A DNA stretch of 64,000 nt from Pelagibacteraceae bacterium AG-390-O04 (GCA_003278065.1 QCHE01000002.1:11388-75387), one strand, 5' to 3'. Numbered from the stretch's first letter, positions 1-10,766 are shown. Program-made: numbers and translations. The notes: generated by a model not told the origin, from the letters alone.

Positions 1-720
1 ATCTACTATCATGTTGTGTTCTTTAGTTTCTTTAATATTTTTTTTAAAATATTTTAAAGCTTTAATCTTATTTAAGGACTTTGTTTTTTTTACCGTTCCT
101 GCTATTGGTTTTGTAGATATACTTAAACCTTTTTTAGTTATTAAATTTTCAGGAGAACAGCTTATTATTGAATAGTTTTTATCTTTAATCATGAAAGCTT
201 CTGGAGCCAAGTTTGTTTTTGATAATCTAGAAAAAAAGTCTAAAGGATTAATTTTTGATTTTGTTTTATATTTAGTACAAATTTTAATTTGATAAGTTTC
301 ACCACTTTTTATTTTTTTCTTAAATTTATTAAAAATTTTTGTGTAAGACTTTTTATTTATATTTATTCTAAAATTATTGTTTTTAAAAATTTTTTCACTT
401 TTATATTTTAAGTTATTGCTTAGATTAATTATTTTTTCAGGCTTATAGAAAATTCCTTTAGGAAAGTTAACATTTTTTTGCCTTGGCACTTTTATGTTAA
501 TTAAATTATTTAATAACTCATAACCAAAAAAACCGATGAATAAATCTGTACTTCTTTTTTTTCCTTTATTTTTTTTTTCTAAAAAGCTTTTGATATTCTT
601 ATTATTTAGAATTATTTTTTTTGAAAAATTTGTGTATAAATTAAATCCTTTTTGAGATTTATAAATAATATAAGGCTTTCCCGAATTATGTATCGCTGCT
701 AATTGACTTTGTTTATTCAA
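1..720 (-). CDS. Chorismate-binding protein (anthranilate/aminodeoxychorismate synthase component I-like), 3' end outside window
   Basis: Read manually: TTG start at 720, open frame to position 1, with GETYQIKI, SCSPENL, KPIAGT and ETKEHNMIVD chorismate-binding motifs. Confidence 0.8.
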   Translation of the reverse strand, partial: MNKQSQLAAIHNSGKPYIIYKSQKGFNLYTNFSKKIILNNKNIKSFLEKKNKGKKRSTDLFIGFFGYELLNNLINIKVPRQKNVNFPKGIFYKPEKIINLSNNLKYKSEKIFKNNNFRININKKSYTKIFNKFKKKIKSGETYQIKICTKYKTKSKINPLDFFSRLSKTNLAPEAFMIKDKNYSIISCSPENLITKKGLSISTKPIAGTVKKTKSLNKIKALKYFKKNIKETKEHNMIVD

Positions 721-721
721 T

Positions 722-1942
722 TTATTCTGTTTTTAATCTTAAAACCGGTTCTTCTTTAATTGGTAAGTGAATTATTGCTGCAAAAACAGATAATGCAATT
801 GCTAAATACCACGCATAATCGTATGAGCCATACAGATCGTGAAATAACCCTCCTAAATATGCTCCAAAAAATGAACCTATTTGGTGACTTAAAAAAACTA
901 TACCATATAATAGACCAAGATATTTTGTTCCAAACATATGAGCCACAATTCCACTTGTTGCTGGTACAGTTGATAGCCATAAGAACCCAAAACTAGCTCC
1001 AAACAAAAAAGCACTAACATTACTAGCGGGTGTAAATATAAAAAGAATAATAGAAATTCCTCTAAGGAAATATATTACACTTAAAATAATTTTTTTACTC
1101 ATTTTTGCTGAAAGATATCCACTCAATAATGATCCAAAAATGTTAAATAAACCAATCAATGAAAGAATTGCTGCTGCAGTCCAGTTTTCCAATCCCCTAT
1201 CAATAACATATTTCGGCACATGTGTTCCAACTAAAGTAATATGAAAACCACATACAAAAAAACCTGACACAAGTAATATATAACTTTTAGTTTTGAAAGC
1301 TTCTGTCAAAGCCTCTCTAAATGATTGATCTGATTTTTTTTCTATACTTTCATTATCAGAAGGTGATCTTACAAAGTAAGCAGCAACAATACCTGTTAAT
1401 AAAAATAGAGAAAAGATAAATATAGTATGATTCCATCCATATTCATTGAGAGAATAATTTGTAAAGATTGGAGAAATAAAATATCCAAAAGATCCTAGTG
1501 CAGTTACAAAACTCATCGCAATTGTCCTTGTTGATAATGGAAAATGTTTTCCAACAACTGACATTGGAATACTTATTGCTGTTCCTCCAAGTCCAATTCC
1601 AATTAATAAACCCATATGAATTTGAAAAAAAATTCCAGTGTTAGGGCCCGAATATAAAAAATATATTCCTAGAGTATAAAATATGAATGCAGAAATAATA
1701 GCTATATGGCCACCATATCTATCTGCAATCGCACCAAAAATAGGTCCTGTTAAACCCCACATCAACATTTGAATCCCAATTGCAAATCCAAATGCTGTAT
1801 TACTTATTTTTAAACTCTCATTAAAGTCCATGAAGAACAAACCAAAAGTTTGTCTTACACCAAGTGAAATTAAAACTACAAAACATGCTGCAAATAAAGT
1901 TATTATTGCAGTCTTAGAACGGAAAAAATTTTCTGATATCAT
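722..1942 (-). CDS. MFS transporter
   Basis: 406 aa, about 12 hydrophobic segments, GAIADRYG MFS motif A. Confidence 0.9.
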   Translation of the reverse strand: MISENFFRSKTAIITLFAACFVVLISLGVRQTFGLFFMDFNESLKISNTAFGFAIGIQMLMWGLTGPIFGAIADRYGGHIAIISAFIFYTLGIYFLYSGPNTGIFFQIHMGLLIGIGLGGTAISIPMSVVGKHFPLSTRTIAMSFVTALGSFGYFISPIFTNYSLNEYGWNHTIFIFSLFLLTGIVAAYFVRSPSDNESIEKKSDQSFREALTEAFKTKSYILLVSGFFVCGFHITLVGTHVPKYVIDRGLENWTAAAILSLIGLFNIFGSLLSGYLSAKMSKKIILSVIYFLRGISIILFIFTPASNVSAFLFGASFGFLWLSTVPATSGIVAHMFGTKYLGLLYGIVFLSHQIGSFFGAYLGGLFHDLYGSYDYAWYLAIALSVFAAIIHLPIKEEPVLRLKTE

Positions 1943-3114
1943 TTTAAATGTTTTAATGCTTGTTTAATATCTGCAATCAAGTCATTAGGGTCTTCAAGAC
2001 CAATATGGAACCTTACGAGGTGTTCGTCTTTAGATAAATTTAAATATTTTCTTTTTCCTGTTTCCCTAAACTCTTGGTGAAGAGCTAAACTCTCAAATCC
2101 ACCCCAACTATATCCATAGCCAAAAAGTTTGAGCGAATTTACAAATTTTTTTATAGAATTAACATTTTTAGCTTTTATTTTTAATCCCATTAAACCTGAT
2201 GCTCCAGAATAGTATTTTTTCCACATTCTAAAATTGTATGAATCTTTTTTGTAAGGATAAAGAAGTTTAAATTTTTTATTTTTTGATAAAAAAGCTGCTA
2301 CTTTTTTAGCATTTTCTCTATGGCGATCCAATCTAACATCGAGAGTTCGCAAACCACGAGTTATTAGGTAAGCATCATCCGGACCTAACCTTAAACCAGT
2401 AATTCTTTCAGCATTATATACTTTAGGAAAAACTTTTTTGTTAACCGCTAAACTACCACCCATTACGTCAGAATGACCTGAATAATATTTAGTTGCAGAA
2501 ACAATTGACATATCAAAACCAAATGTAATTGGTTTAAAATAATATGGGGTGGCCCAAGTATTATCTATTGCAGTTAAAATTTTATTTTTTCTAGCAATTG
2601 AAATGATTTTACCTAAATCTTGAAATTCAAATGAATTACTTCCAGGATTTTCGACAAATATTAATTTGGTCTTTTTAGTAATATTCTTTTCTAATGTTTT
2701 CAGATCATTTGGATTATAAAAGATTGTTTTAATATTAAATTCTTTTAAAAATTTTTCAGTTAACAATCTTGTTGGGCTATATACTGGGTCAGCTACAATT
2801 ATTTCGTCTCCAGGACGTGTAACACTAAATATTGCTAAAAAGACAGATCCGAAACCTGTGGGAGTTGTGAATACATGATAACTTTCCTCTAGTTTTGTCA
2901 GAATTTTTTGCAAAATATGTGTTGTTGATGTTCCTTGTCTTCCATAATCATAATGACCTCCTGTTGGATTTTTTTGAGCTTTTGCTTGTGTCTTTCTTAT
3001 ATGTTGCATTGATTTAAATATAATAGTCGATGCTCTTACGACTGGAGGATTTACAGACTGATTATGAAAGTCTTTTGCGGTATGTTTTAAAAATGTTTTA
3101 AAAGATTTAGCCAT
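1939..3114 (-). CDS. metC: Cystathionine beta-lyase (PLP trans-sulfuration enzyme)
   Basis: VNPPVVRAST, YGRQGT, DNTWAT, SATKYYSGHSD (PLP Lys), GYSWGGFESL. Confidence 0.88.
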   Translation of the reverse strand: MAKSFKTFLKHTAKDFHNQSVNPPVVRASTIIFKSMQHIRKTQAKAQKNPTGGHYDYGRQGTSTTHILQKILTKLEESYHVFTTPTGFGSVFLAIFSVTRPGDEIIVADPVYSPTRLLTEKFLKEFNIKTIFYNPNDLKTLEKNITKKTKLIFVENPGSNSFEFQDLGKIISIARKNKILTAIDNTWATPYYFKPITFGFDMSIVSATKYYSGHSDVMGGSLAVNKKVFPKVYNAERITGLRLGPDDAYLITRGLRTLDVRLDRHRENAKKVAAFLSKNKKFKLLYPYKKDSYNFRMWKKYYSGASGLMGLKIKAKNVNSIKKFVNSLKLFGYGYSWGGFESLALHQEFRETGKRKYLNLSKDEHLVRFHIGLEDPNDLIADIKQALKHLK

Positions 3115-3186
3115 AAAATATTGATATGATTAAAGGACAATGCTATATCCATAACGAAAATTCAATAAATTAATGGAAAGGATTTA

Positions 3187-3270
3187 ATGAGTTATCCAAA
3201 GAAACATAGAGGCCGAAGAAAAATGGGCTCTAAAAAAAGAAGAGCTAGAAAAAAGAACAAGAAAAAGTAG
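3187..3270 (+). CDS. Small highly basic 27-aa protein MSYPKKHRGRRKMGSKKRRARKKNKKK
   Basis: ATG preceded by AAAGGA SD; fills the gap between metC and mnmA; below the ORF-track size cut-off. Confidence 0.6.
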   Translation: MSYPKKHRGRRKMGSKKRRARKKNKKK

Positions 3271-3271
3271 G

Positions 3272-4390
3272 CTAATCCTTAATCCAGCCTCCACCTAGAA
3301 CTTTATAACCTAAAGCATCTTTATTGTAAAAAACACAAGCTTGACCTGGTGAAATTCCATCTTCAGGTATTTTAAGATCTACGCGAGCACTATTTTGATC
3401 ACTTAATTTTACTTTTGCTTCTAATAGTTTTCCTGTTGATCTGACTTTAACTAAAATCGAATTATCAAATTCATTTTTATCTACAAGTAAATTTATATTT
3501 CTTAATGAAATACTTTTTTTTCCTAGATATTCTTTTGGTCCAACTACAATTTCATTTTTTTTAGAATTAATCTTTAATACATAAAGAGCTTCTTTGTCTG
3601 ATACTTTTATTCCTTTTCTCTGGCCTATTGTGAAATTAATAATCCCATCATGAACTCCTATTACATTTCCATCTAAATTTTTAATATTTCCTTTTTGAAA
3701 TGAGTCAGGTCTAAATTTTTGAATTACTGATGCGTAATCACCGTTAGGCACAAAACATATATCCTGACTGTCTGGTTTTTCTGCAACATTTAAATCTAAC
3801 TTTTTTGCAATTTCTCTTGTTTCATTTTTACGAAGACTGCCTAAGGGAAATCTTAAATAGTCAAGTTGTTCTTTAGTGGTATTAAATAAAAAATAACTTT
3901 GATCTCTATTTTCATCTAAAGCCCTATACATATTTGTATTGTTATCTAGTGTAATACTTTTTACGTAATGACCTGTTACAAGAGCATCAGCCTTCAATTC
4001 TTTTGAAACTTCAAACAAATCTTTAAATTTCACTGTTTGATTACATTGAACACACGGTATAGGAGTTTCACCTTTCAAATAGCTTTCAACAAAATTATTT
4101 ATGACACCCTCTTTAAATTTATTTTGATAATATAAAATTTTATGTTCTATATTTAATTTATTAGCTACTCTTTTTGCATCCATTATATCTTGTCCAGAGC
4201 AACACTGTTTTGAGGCAGAAACTTCTTTACTATCATCATAAAGTTTTAGTGTAATCCCAATAACTTTATAACCCTGGCTTTTCATCAGACCTGCTACGGT
4301 AGAAGAATCTACCCCTCCAGACATAGCAACAACAACTGTTGTTTCTTCAGCTTTCTTATTAATACCTATAGAATTTAATTCTTTTTTCAT
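3272..4390 (-). CDS. mnmA: tRNA 2-thiouridine(34) synthase
   Basis: [37 protein letters not shown]; start trimmed to ATG at 4390. Confidence 0.95.
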   Translation of the reverse strand: MKKELNSIGINKKAEETTVVVAMSGGVDSSTVAGLMKSQGYKVIGITLKLYDDSKEVSASKQCCSGQDIMDAKRVANKLNIEHKILYYQNKFKEGVINNFVESYLKGETPIPCVQCNQTVKFKDLFEVSKELKADALVTGHYVKSITLDNNTNMYRALDENRDQSYFLFNTTKEQLDYLRFPLGSLRKNETREIAKKLDLNVAEKPDSQDICFVPNGDYASVIQKFRPDSFQKGNIKNLDGNVIGVHDGIINFTIGQRKGIKVSDKEALYVLKINSKKNEIVVGPKEYLGKKSISLRNINLLVDKNEFDNSILVKVRSTGKLLEAKVKLSDQNSARVDLKIPEDGISPGQACVFYNKDALGYKVLGGGWIKD

Positions 4391-4431
4391 TTGATGGTAT
4401 TTATACTTATTTCTAATATAAGTTAAATTAA

Positions 4432-4614
4432 ATGATTTTAGATTATGAACCAGGAGACAAAGTAATAAACCCATCAAATAAAGAATGGGGAATTGGACAA
4501 ATTCAATCAATAATTAAATATAAAGTTACCGTGAATTTTGAAAATGTTGGAAAAAAGGTAATAAATACTGAAAATATTGAATTAATAAAAATAAATGACA
4601 GAAATAAATATTAA
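4432..4614 (+). CDS. Small conserved protein (DUF3553-like)
   Basis: [31 protein letters not shown] pattern. Confidence 0.75.
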   Translation: MILDYEPGDKVINPSNKEWGIGQIQSIIKYKVTVNFENVGKKVINTENIELIKINDRNKY

Positions 4615-5368
4615 AAAAATTATAGAGCAACTAATTGATACTTTTTTTTATGCTGGAAAGATTTGCTTAGAGCTTAGGGATAAAGGATTAATAAAAAAAA
4701 TTAAAAGTGATAATACACCTGTTAGTAATGGTGACTTAGAAGTAAATAAAATAATTACACAAAAAATAAAAGAGATTACACCAGACTTACCAATCATTTC
4801 AGAGGAAATGCCAGATAATAAATCTATAGATAATTTAAAAAATTTTTGGTTAATAGATCCTATAGATGGAACTTATGATTATATAAATAACTTAGAGGAA
4901 TTTACAATTAATGCCGGATTAATTTTAAATAAAAAACCTGCTGCTGGATTAATATATGCTCCCTCAAAAAAAAGAATGTTTTATTCTTATGGCAATAATT
5001 CTGCTTTTGAGATTACTAATGAAAAAATAATTAATTTAAATTCTTCAATAAATTTTGATAAAGATAAAATTAAATTTGTATCATACTCAAATAATATCAA
5101 ACCAGAAATAGAATTAATTCATAAAAAATTAAATGTTAAAAAATATATTAGAATGAAAAGTTCTTTAAAGTTTTGTGTAATTGCTGCTGGTGAATTTGAT
5201 GGATATGTTGCTGAGCCTAGGGCATATGAATGGGATATTGCGGCTGGTCATGCAATTTTAAAACATGCTGGAGGTATAATAACTGACTTTGATAATAATG
5301 AAATTGAATACGGAAAAAAAAATTTCAAAAACTCAAGTTTAATTTTAAAAGGTAATAATATTATATAA
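4595..5368 (+). CDS. cysQ: 3'(2'),5'-bisphosphate nucleotidase (inositol monophosphatase family)
   Basis: KSDNTPVSNGD, SEE, WLIDPIDGT, EFTINAGLI, SSLKFC, EWDIAAG. Confidence 0.85.
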   Translation: MTEINIKKIIEQLIDTFFYAGKICLELRDKGLIKKIKSDNTPVSNGDLEVNKIITQKIKEITPDLPIISEEMPDNKSIDNLKNFWLIDPIDGTYDYINNLEEFTINAGLILNKKPAAGLIYAPSKKRMFYSYGNNSAFEITNEKIINLNSSINFDKDKIKFVSYSNNIKPEIELIHKKLNVKKYIRMKSSLKFCVIAAGEFDGYVAEPRAYEWDIAAGHAILKHAGGIITDFDNNEIEYGKKNFKNSSLILKGNNII

Positions 5369-5511
5369 TGGATGAACAGCTAAGAATAATATTAATAATA
5401 ATTGTTTCAGTTTCAATTTTTGGATTGTCTATATTTGTTTTTGTAAAAAATTATATCAAAAGTAAGATTGATCACTTAGTTAAAAATGAAAAAAATAAAA
5501 AATTAAAGTAA
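5368..5511 (+). CDS. Small single-TM protein, 47 aa
   Basis: ATG overlaps the cysQ stop (TAATG); MDEQLRIILIIIVSVSIFGLSIFVFV followed by a basic tail. Confidence 0.5.
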   Translation: MDEQLRIILIIIVSVSIFGLSIFVFVKNYIKSKIDHLVKNEKNKKLK

Positions 5512-6066
5512 ACTGATAATTTTAAGATATTCATCTTTATCTAAATTCATTACTTTTTTTGAAGTTTCAAAATCAAATCCGTTTCTTGCTAATAAAGATA
5601 TATCCTTTTTATAAAATAAAGTTCTATTATCTTCTGTTCTTGCTGGGCCAATTCTTTTTCTTTTACAAATTTTAATAGCTGAAAAAAAATCTTGATCAGA
5701 ATTATCTTCTTTAATTTTTTCCATAGTATCTTTTATAAATTCATCTTTAATTCCTTTTCCTAATAAATAATTTCTTATTTTATTTATAGAATTTCCTCGT
5801 TGAATCATGCTTTTAGCTTTACTCTCAGAATAAAATTGATCATTAATAAATTTATTTTTTTCTAAATCTGATAAAACAATATCGATTAATCTATTTACAT
5901 CTTTCTTTTTAACATTGGTTGCAGAGATTCTCATATATTTTTTTAATAGATATGTTTTAAGTTGTTGTTTTGAGGGAGCATATTTTTCAACATAAGCAAA
6001 GGCAAAATTTCGCATCTCATCAACAGTTACTTGAAGGTTTTTTTTTTTATTTCTTATAGGAATCAT
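5503..6066 (-). CDS. recX: RecX family regulatory protein
   Basis: Y..KYAPSKQQLKTYL, FINDQFYSE, LARNGFDF: alphaproteobacterial RecX pattern. Confidence 0.75.
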   Translation of the reverse strand: MIPIRNKKKNLQVTVDEMRNFAFAYVEKYAPSKQQLKTYLLKKYMRISATNVKKKDVNRLIDIVLSDLEKNKFINDQFYSESKAKSMIQRGNSINKIRNYLLGKGIKDEFIKDTMEKIKEDNSDQDFFSAIKICKRKRIGPARTEDNRTLFYKKDISLLARNGFDFETSKKVMNLDKDEYLKIISLL

Positions 6067-6092
6067 GATTAGATTTAATATAATATATCTTA

Positions 6093-6566
6093 ATGATTGA
6101 ACAAATTTTTAACTATTTCACTATACAAACCTTATACATGTGGATTAATTTAGGTGTTCTTCCATTTTGGCTTTTGCTAATTTTCTTTCCTCAGTCTTAT
6201 TTATGTAGATTTTTTGTAACGTCTATTTTTCCTTTCTTTATATTAAGTGGTGCTTATATTTTTATTTTATACAAATCATATTTAACTAATTACAATTTTG
6301 TTGAAAATTTTAATCTGTATTTAGGATTAAATGAATTATCAATATTGTTTGAGGATCTCTTATTCTTAATGTTTTTTTGGACCCATTTTATTGCTATAAA
6401 TTTATTTATTGGTGGATGGATAGTTAAAGATGCACAAAAATTCTTTATTAATCGAATTTTATTATCAATACCATTAATTATTACTTATTTAATTGGCCCA
6501 ATAGGTTTATTTATTTATTGGATAATAAGAATTTTTTTCGCGAAAAAAATTGATCTATATGAGTAA
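6093..6566 (+). CDS. ABA4-like/DUF4281 membrane protein
   Basis: LPFWLLLIFFP, FWTHFIAINLFIGGWIVKDA, GPIGL..Y motifs. Confidence 0.75.
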   Translation: MIEQIFNYFTIQTLYMWINLGVLPFWLLLIFFPQSYLCRFFVTSIFPFFILSGAYIFILYKSYLTNYNFVENFNLYLGLNELSILFEDLLFLMFFWTHFIAINLFIGGWIVKDAQKFFINRILLSIPLIITYLIGPIGLFIYWIIRIFFAKKIDLYE

Positions 6567-7134
6567 TTCTATAGATTTTTATTTTGATATAATTAGCCCC
6601 TATTCCTATATCGCTTATAAAAAAATTCTTAGAACTCAAAATATAAAATTTAATTATAAACCGATATTACTTGGTGGTCTTCATAAACTTGAAGGAATAA
6701 CTGCACCAGCTTTCAACACTCATAAAATGAAAAATATGAAAAATGATTGTGAGTTAGTGGCATATAAAAATGAAATAAAATTTTCTTGGAATAGTAAATT
6801 TCCTATTAATTCTCTTTATATGATGAGAGGATATCTTGTTTTAGAGGATGATAAAAAAATTCACTATTTAGATTCCTTTTTTAATGCTTATTGGAAAGAT
6901 AATTTAGATTTAAATGAAAAAGAAAATATTATTAAGCTATTAGAAAATTTAGAAATTGACAGTAAACATTTTTTTGAGGCTATAGAAAGTGAAAATGTAA
7001 AAGATAAACTTAAAAAATTTACTTTAGATGCTTTTGAAAAAAATGTTTTTGGAGCACCAACTTTTATTGTAAATAAAAAGATTTTTTGGGGCCAAGATAG
7101 ATTAGAATATGCTTTAGATGAAATTTTAAAATAA
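6559..7134 (+). CDS. 2-hydroxychromene-2-carboxylate isomerase / GST-kappa (DsbA family)
   Basis: IDFYFDIISPYSY, PILLGG, FGAPTFIV..FWGQDRL. Confidence 0.85.
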   Translation: MSNSIDFYFDIISPYSYIAYKKILRTQNIKFNYKPILLGGLHKLEGITAPAFNTHKMKNMKNDCELVAYKNEIKFSWNSKFPINSLYMMRGYLVLEDDKKIHYLDSFFNAYWKDNLDLNEKENIIKLLENLEIDSKHFFEAIESENVKDKLKKFTLDAFEKNVFGAPTFIVNKKIFWGQDRLEYALDEILK

Positions 7135-7145
7135 ATTTTATATAA

Positions 7146-8258
7146 TTATAATGATTGTGTTGGATCTACATATTTATAACCAAAAACATCTGCCACTGCT
7201 TTATAGGTTACATCTCCTTTATGAACGTTCAATCCTGCTAAAAAATTTTTATCATCCAAAAGAGCTTTTTGATAACCTTTGTTTGCAAGTTTTACTAAAT
7301 AAGGAAGTGTTGCCTGATTTAATGCAAAAGTAGAAGTTCTTGGAACTCCACCAGGCATGTTGGCAACACAGTAATGGACAACATCATCTACTATATATGT
7401 TGGATTTCCATGAGTTGTTGGTTTACTTGTTTCAACGCATCCTCCTTGATCAATTGCTACATCAACAATAACTGATCCTCTTTTCATAAACTTCAACATA
7501 TTTTTAGTTACTAATTTTGGAGCTTCTGCTCCAGGAATTAAAACACCACCAACTACCAAGTCTGCTTCAGACACTAATTTAATTAAATCAATTTTATCAC
7601 TTTGCTCTGGAATAATTTTATCTCCAAATATTTGAACTAATTGTTTTAATCTTGCTTCAGATTTATCAACAACATGAACTTTGGCTCTCATGCCAGTTGC
7701 AATTATTGCTGCATTCTCCCCTACTACACCACCTCCAAGAATTAATACATTTGCTGGTTCGCCTCCTGGCGCTCCACCTAATAATACTCCTCTACCTTTT
7801 TGGTTTTTTTCTAAACAATGAGCTCCAGCTTGAACAGACATACGACCTGCAACAGCGCTCATTGGTGCTAGTAAAGGAAGTCTACCATTATCATCTGTAA
7901 CTGTTTCATAGGCAATATTAATACTTTTTGATTTTATTAGTCCTTCAGTAAGTTCTTTTGCAGCAGCTAAATGAAGATAAGTATATACAATTTGATTTTC
8001 CTTAATCATATCCACTTCAACTTTTTGAGGTTCTTTAACTTTAACAATTATTTCTGCATCATTAAAAATGTCTGATGCTTTATTTATAATTCTTGCACCA
8101 GCTTTTGTATACTGATCGTTATCAAAACCAGCTTCAAATCCACCATTATTTTCAACCAAAACCTCATGACCCTCTGAAACTAAAGTTTTAACACTCTCAG
8201 GTGTTAAGCCTATTCTATTTTCTTGAGGTTTTATTTCTTTAGGAACACCAATACGCAT
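7146..8258 (-). CDS. ald: Alanine dehydrogenase
   Basis: MRIGVPKEIK, PLLAPMSAVAGR, DVAIDQGG, HYCVANMPG. Confidence 0.96.
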   Translation of the reverse strand: MRIGVPKEIKPQENRIGLTPESVKTLVSEGHEVLVENNGGFEAGFDNDQYTKAGARIINKASDIFNDAEIIVKVKEPQKVEVDMIKENQIVYTYLHLAAAKELTEGLIKSKSINIAYETVTDDNGRLPLLAPMSAVAGRMSVQAGAHCLEKNQKGRGVLLGGAPGGEPANVLILGGGVVGENAAIIATGMRAKVHVVDKSEARLKQLVQIFGDKIIPEQSDKIDLIKLVSEADLVVGGVLIPGAEAPKLVTKNMLKFMKRGSVIVDVAIDQGGCVETSKPTTHGNPTYIVDDVVHYCVANMPGGVPRTSTFALNQATLPYLVKLANKGYQKALLDDKNFLAGLNVHKGDVTYKAVADVFGYKYVDPTQSL

Positions 8259-8291
8259 TTTTATCTTTGTTATTTACAAGTAATTTACTAA

Positions 8292-9638
8292 CTAATTTTT
8301 TTGGTTTTTTTGATAGTTAGTTATACCTGTTCTAAGTTTATCAATAATTTCATCTATATGTTTCTCTTCACAAATAAATTGTGGAGCAATTATTAAACAA
8401 TCACCTGTTGCCTTAAAGTTTACTCCAGCTTCATAACAAGCTTTAAAACATTCGTATCCAGCTTTACCAGGTTTATCTTTCATTTTCATGTCAATGCCAC
8501 CCATCATTCCATAACCTCTTATATTCTCAACAGATTCTAAATCTTGAAGAGAAAATAGTCCTTTCTGAAAATAAGGAGCTAAGTTTTTTGCCCTATTAAA
8601 TATATCGTCTTTTTCAAAAATATCTTGCACAGCTAGTGCAGCAGCAACAGCAACTGGAATACCTGAGTAAGTATAACCATGAAATAATTCAACTGATCCC
8701 ATAGGTGATGCATCCATTACTGCGTCATAAATTTCATCTTTACATGCAACAACACCCATTGGTACAACTCCATTAGTAGTAGCTTTTGCCATTGTCATAA
8801 TATCTGGTGTGACTCCAAACTCTTGTGCTCCAAACTTAGAACCTGTTCTTCCCCATCCAGTGATTACTTCATCAAATATTAAAAGTATTCCGTGTTTATC
8901 ACAAATCTCTCTTAATTTTTGCAAATATCCTTTTGGTGGCACTAATGTTCCAGTTGAACCTGCAATAGGCTCAACAATACATGCTGCTATATTTTCTGGA
9001 CCAAAGTTCATTGCTATTCGCTCTAGATCCATTGCTAAATCTCCGCCAGTCTCCGGTTGACCACTTACAAACTTATGCTCAGGTAAATGTGTATGCCTCA
9101 TATGTTGAACACCTGGCATTAAAATACTTGCAAATGTTTTTACATTGTTAACCATACCTCCTACAGAAACACATCCTATGTTCATTCCATGATATCCACG
9201 TTCTCTTCCTACAAATCTAAATCTATGTGCATTTCCTTTTGCTCTATGATACGCAACTGAAATTTTGATAGCTGTTTCTACTGCGGTAGAACCACAAATT
9301 GTAAAAAACATTTTATTTAAATCACCTGGAGTATGTTTTGAAATTTTTGTAGCTAACTCAAATGAACCACCAAAACCTTGTTGAAAAGGTTGTGCATAGT
9401 CTAATGTTTCTAATTGTTTAGTTACTGCTTCCGTAATTTCTTTTCTACCATGTCCCAGGGGATTACAAAATAAGCCCGAGCTTCCATCAATCATAGTTTT
9501 TCCATGATGATTTTTTAAATAAACTCCTTTTGCCTCAGTAATTAATCTTGGATTTTGTTTAAAATCTTTATTAGATGTGAATGGCATCCAATGTTCATTT
9601 AATGAATTTGGAACTGAAGTACGGTTTTCTGAACTCAT
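8292..9638 (-). CDS. Omega-amino acid:pyruvate aminotransferase (class III); probably taurine/hypotaurine/beta-alanine
   Basis: HWMPFT, GYHG, EPIAGSTG, FDEVITGWGRTG, TMAK; co-oriented with ald and divergent from tauABC. Confidence 0.85.
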   Translation of the reverse strand: MSSENRTSVPNSLNEHWMPFTSNKDFKQNPRLITEAKGVYLKNHHGKTMIDGSSGLFCNPLGHGRKEITEAVTKQLETLDYAQPFQQGFGGSFELATKISKHTPGDLNKMFFTICGSTAVETAIKISVAYHRAKGNAHRFRFVGRERGYHGMNIGCVSVGGMVNNVKTFASILMPGVQHMRHTHLPEHKFVSGQPETGGDLAMDLERIAMNFGPENIAACIVEPIAGSTGTLVPPKGYLQKLREICDKHGILLIFDEVITGWGRTGSKFGAQEFGVTPDIMTMAKATTNGVVPMGVVACKDEIYDAVMDASPMGSVELFHGYTYSGIPVAVAAALAVQDIFEKDDIFNRAKNLAPYFQKGLFSLQDLESVENIRGYGMMGGIDMKMKDKPGKAGYECFKACYEAGVNFKATGDCLIIAPQFICEEKHIDEIIDKLRTGITNYQKNQKN

Positions 9639-9824
9639 AGAATCTTTCTTTAAATTAAATTTTATTATATCTTAGTTAAAAGTTTCTTTAGACTAAATAG
9701 GTATAATTAACCACCAAAATAATTGACGCAACTGTAAGTTGTATCAAAATAGACACTTTTTTGTTTTACATCTAAGTAAAATTAATTTTTACTGTCACTA
9801 TTATAAATCAACAAAGAGGATTAA

Positions 9825-10766
9825 ATGAAAAAAATAATTAGTTTTATTTTAGGATGTTTTGTAGCTCTTAACTTAAGTATTTCAGTTGCAAATTCTGCAG
9901 CTAACGAAGTTAGAGTTGCTTACTTTCTTGAATGGCCAAGTCCAAATTTAGAGGATATGCAAAAAAAAGCATTTGCAAAAGCGCTTGGAGTACCAGTTAA
10001 ATGGACAAACTTCACTAACGGTGGTGCAATGACTGATGCAATGTTAGCGGGAGATATTGATATTTCTTACTCACAAGGATTAGTGCCATTTATTAATGCG
10101 GTAAAATCTAAAGCACCAATCAAATTAGTTGATATTGCTATGGAATACGGAATGGGAGGAACAACTTGTGTTACTTCTAATGCTTCTGGAATTACAAAAG
10201 CAAACGCTACTGAATTAGAAGGTAAAAAAGTTGCTGTTCCACTAGGAACAATGGCTGAGTATGTTTTCGATGAAAGTATGAAAGTTGTTGGAGCTGACAG
10301 AAAAAAAATGGATATTATTCAAATGGATCCTGAAGAAGGAGCTGCTGCTTTAGTAAGTGGTGATGTTGTAATGGCATGTTTATTTGGTGGTAATTCTATT
10401 AAAGCTGCAACTGCTGTAGGTTCAAGATTACTTACTGTAGATGAAGCTAGAGCTGCTGGTATTTTAGGAATAGATATTACTTCAGTAACTACAAAGTTTA
10501 TGAAGGAAAACCCAGGAATGCTTAGAACTTTTATAGAAGTAACTCATGAAGCTAATGCTAGATACAAAGCTGGCAAAAGTGATATGAACGTTATGGCTAA
10601 AGCTTCTGAAATGAAAGTTGGAGACATGAAAGACACTTTAAGTGGCTTTAAATTCCTAACTCCAGAAGAAACTAAACAATCTATGGAAAGTGGAAATCTT
10701 GATGCATTTCTAAAAGGTATGGGAACTCCAAGAGGAAATGTAGACACTAGTTTCTTACCTCTATAA
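9825..10766 (+). CDS. tauA: Taurine/sulfonate ABC transporter substrate-binding protein
   Basis: Signal peptide; VRVAYFLEW, AMLAGDIDISYSQGLVPF, GKKVAVPLGT. Confidence 0.8.
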   Translation: MKKIISFILGCFVALNLSISVANSAANEVRVAYFLEWPSPNLEDMQKKAFAKALGVPVKWTNFTNGGAMTDAMLAGDIDISYSQGLVPFINAVKSKAPIKLVDIAMEYGMGGTTCVTSNASGITKANATELEGKKVAVPLGTMAEYVFDESMKVVGADRKKMDIIQMDPEEGAAALVSGDVVMACLFGGNSIKAATAVGSRLLTVDEARAAGILGIDITSVTTKFMKENPGMLRTFIEVTHEANARYKAGKSDMNVMAKASEMKVGDMKDTLSGFKFLTPEETKQSMESGNLDAFLKGMGTPRGNVDTSFLPL

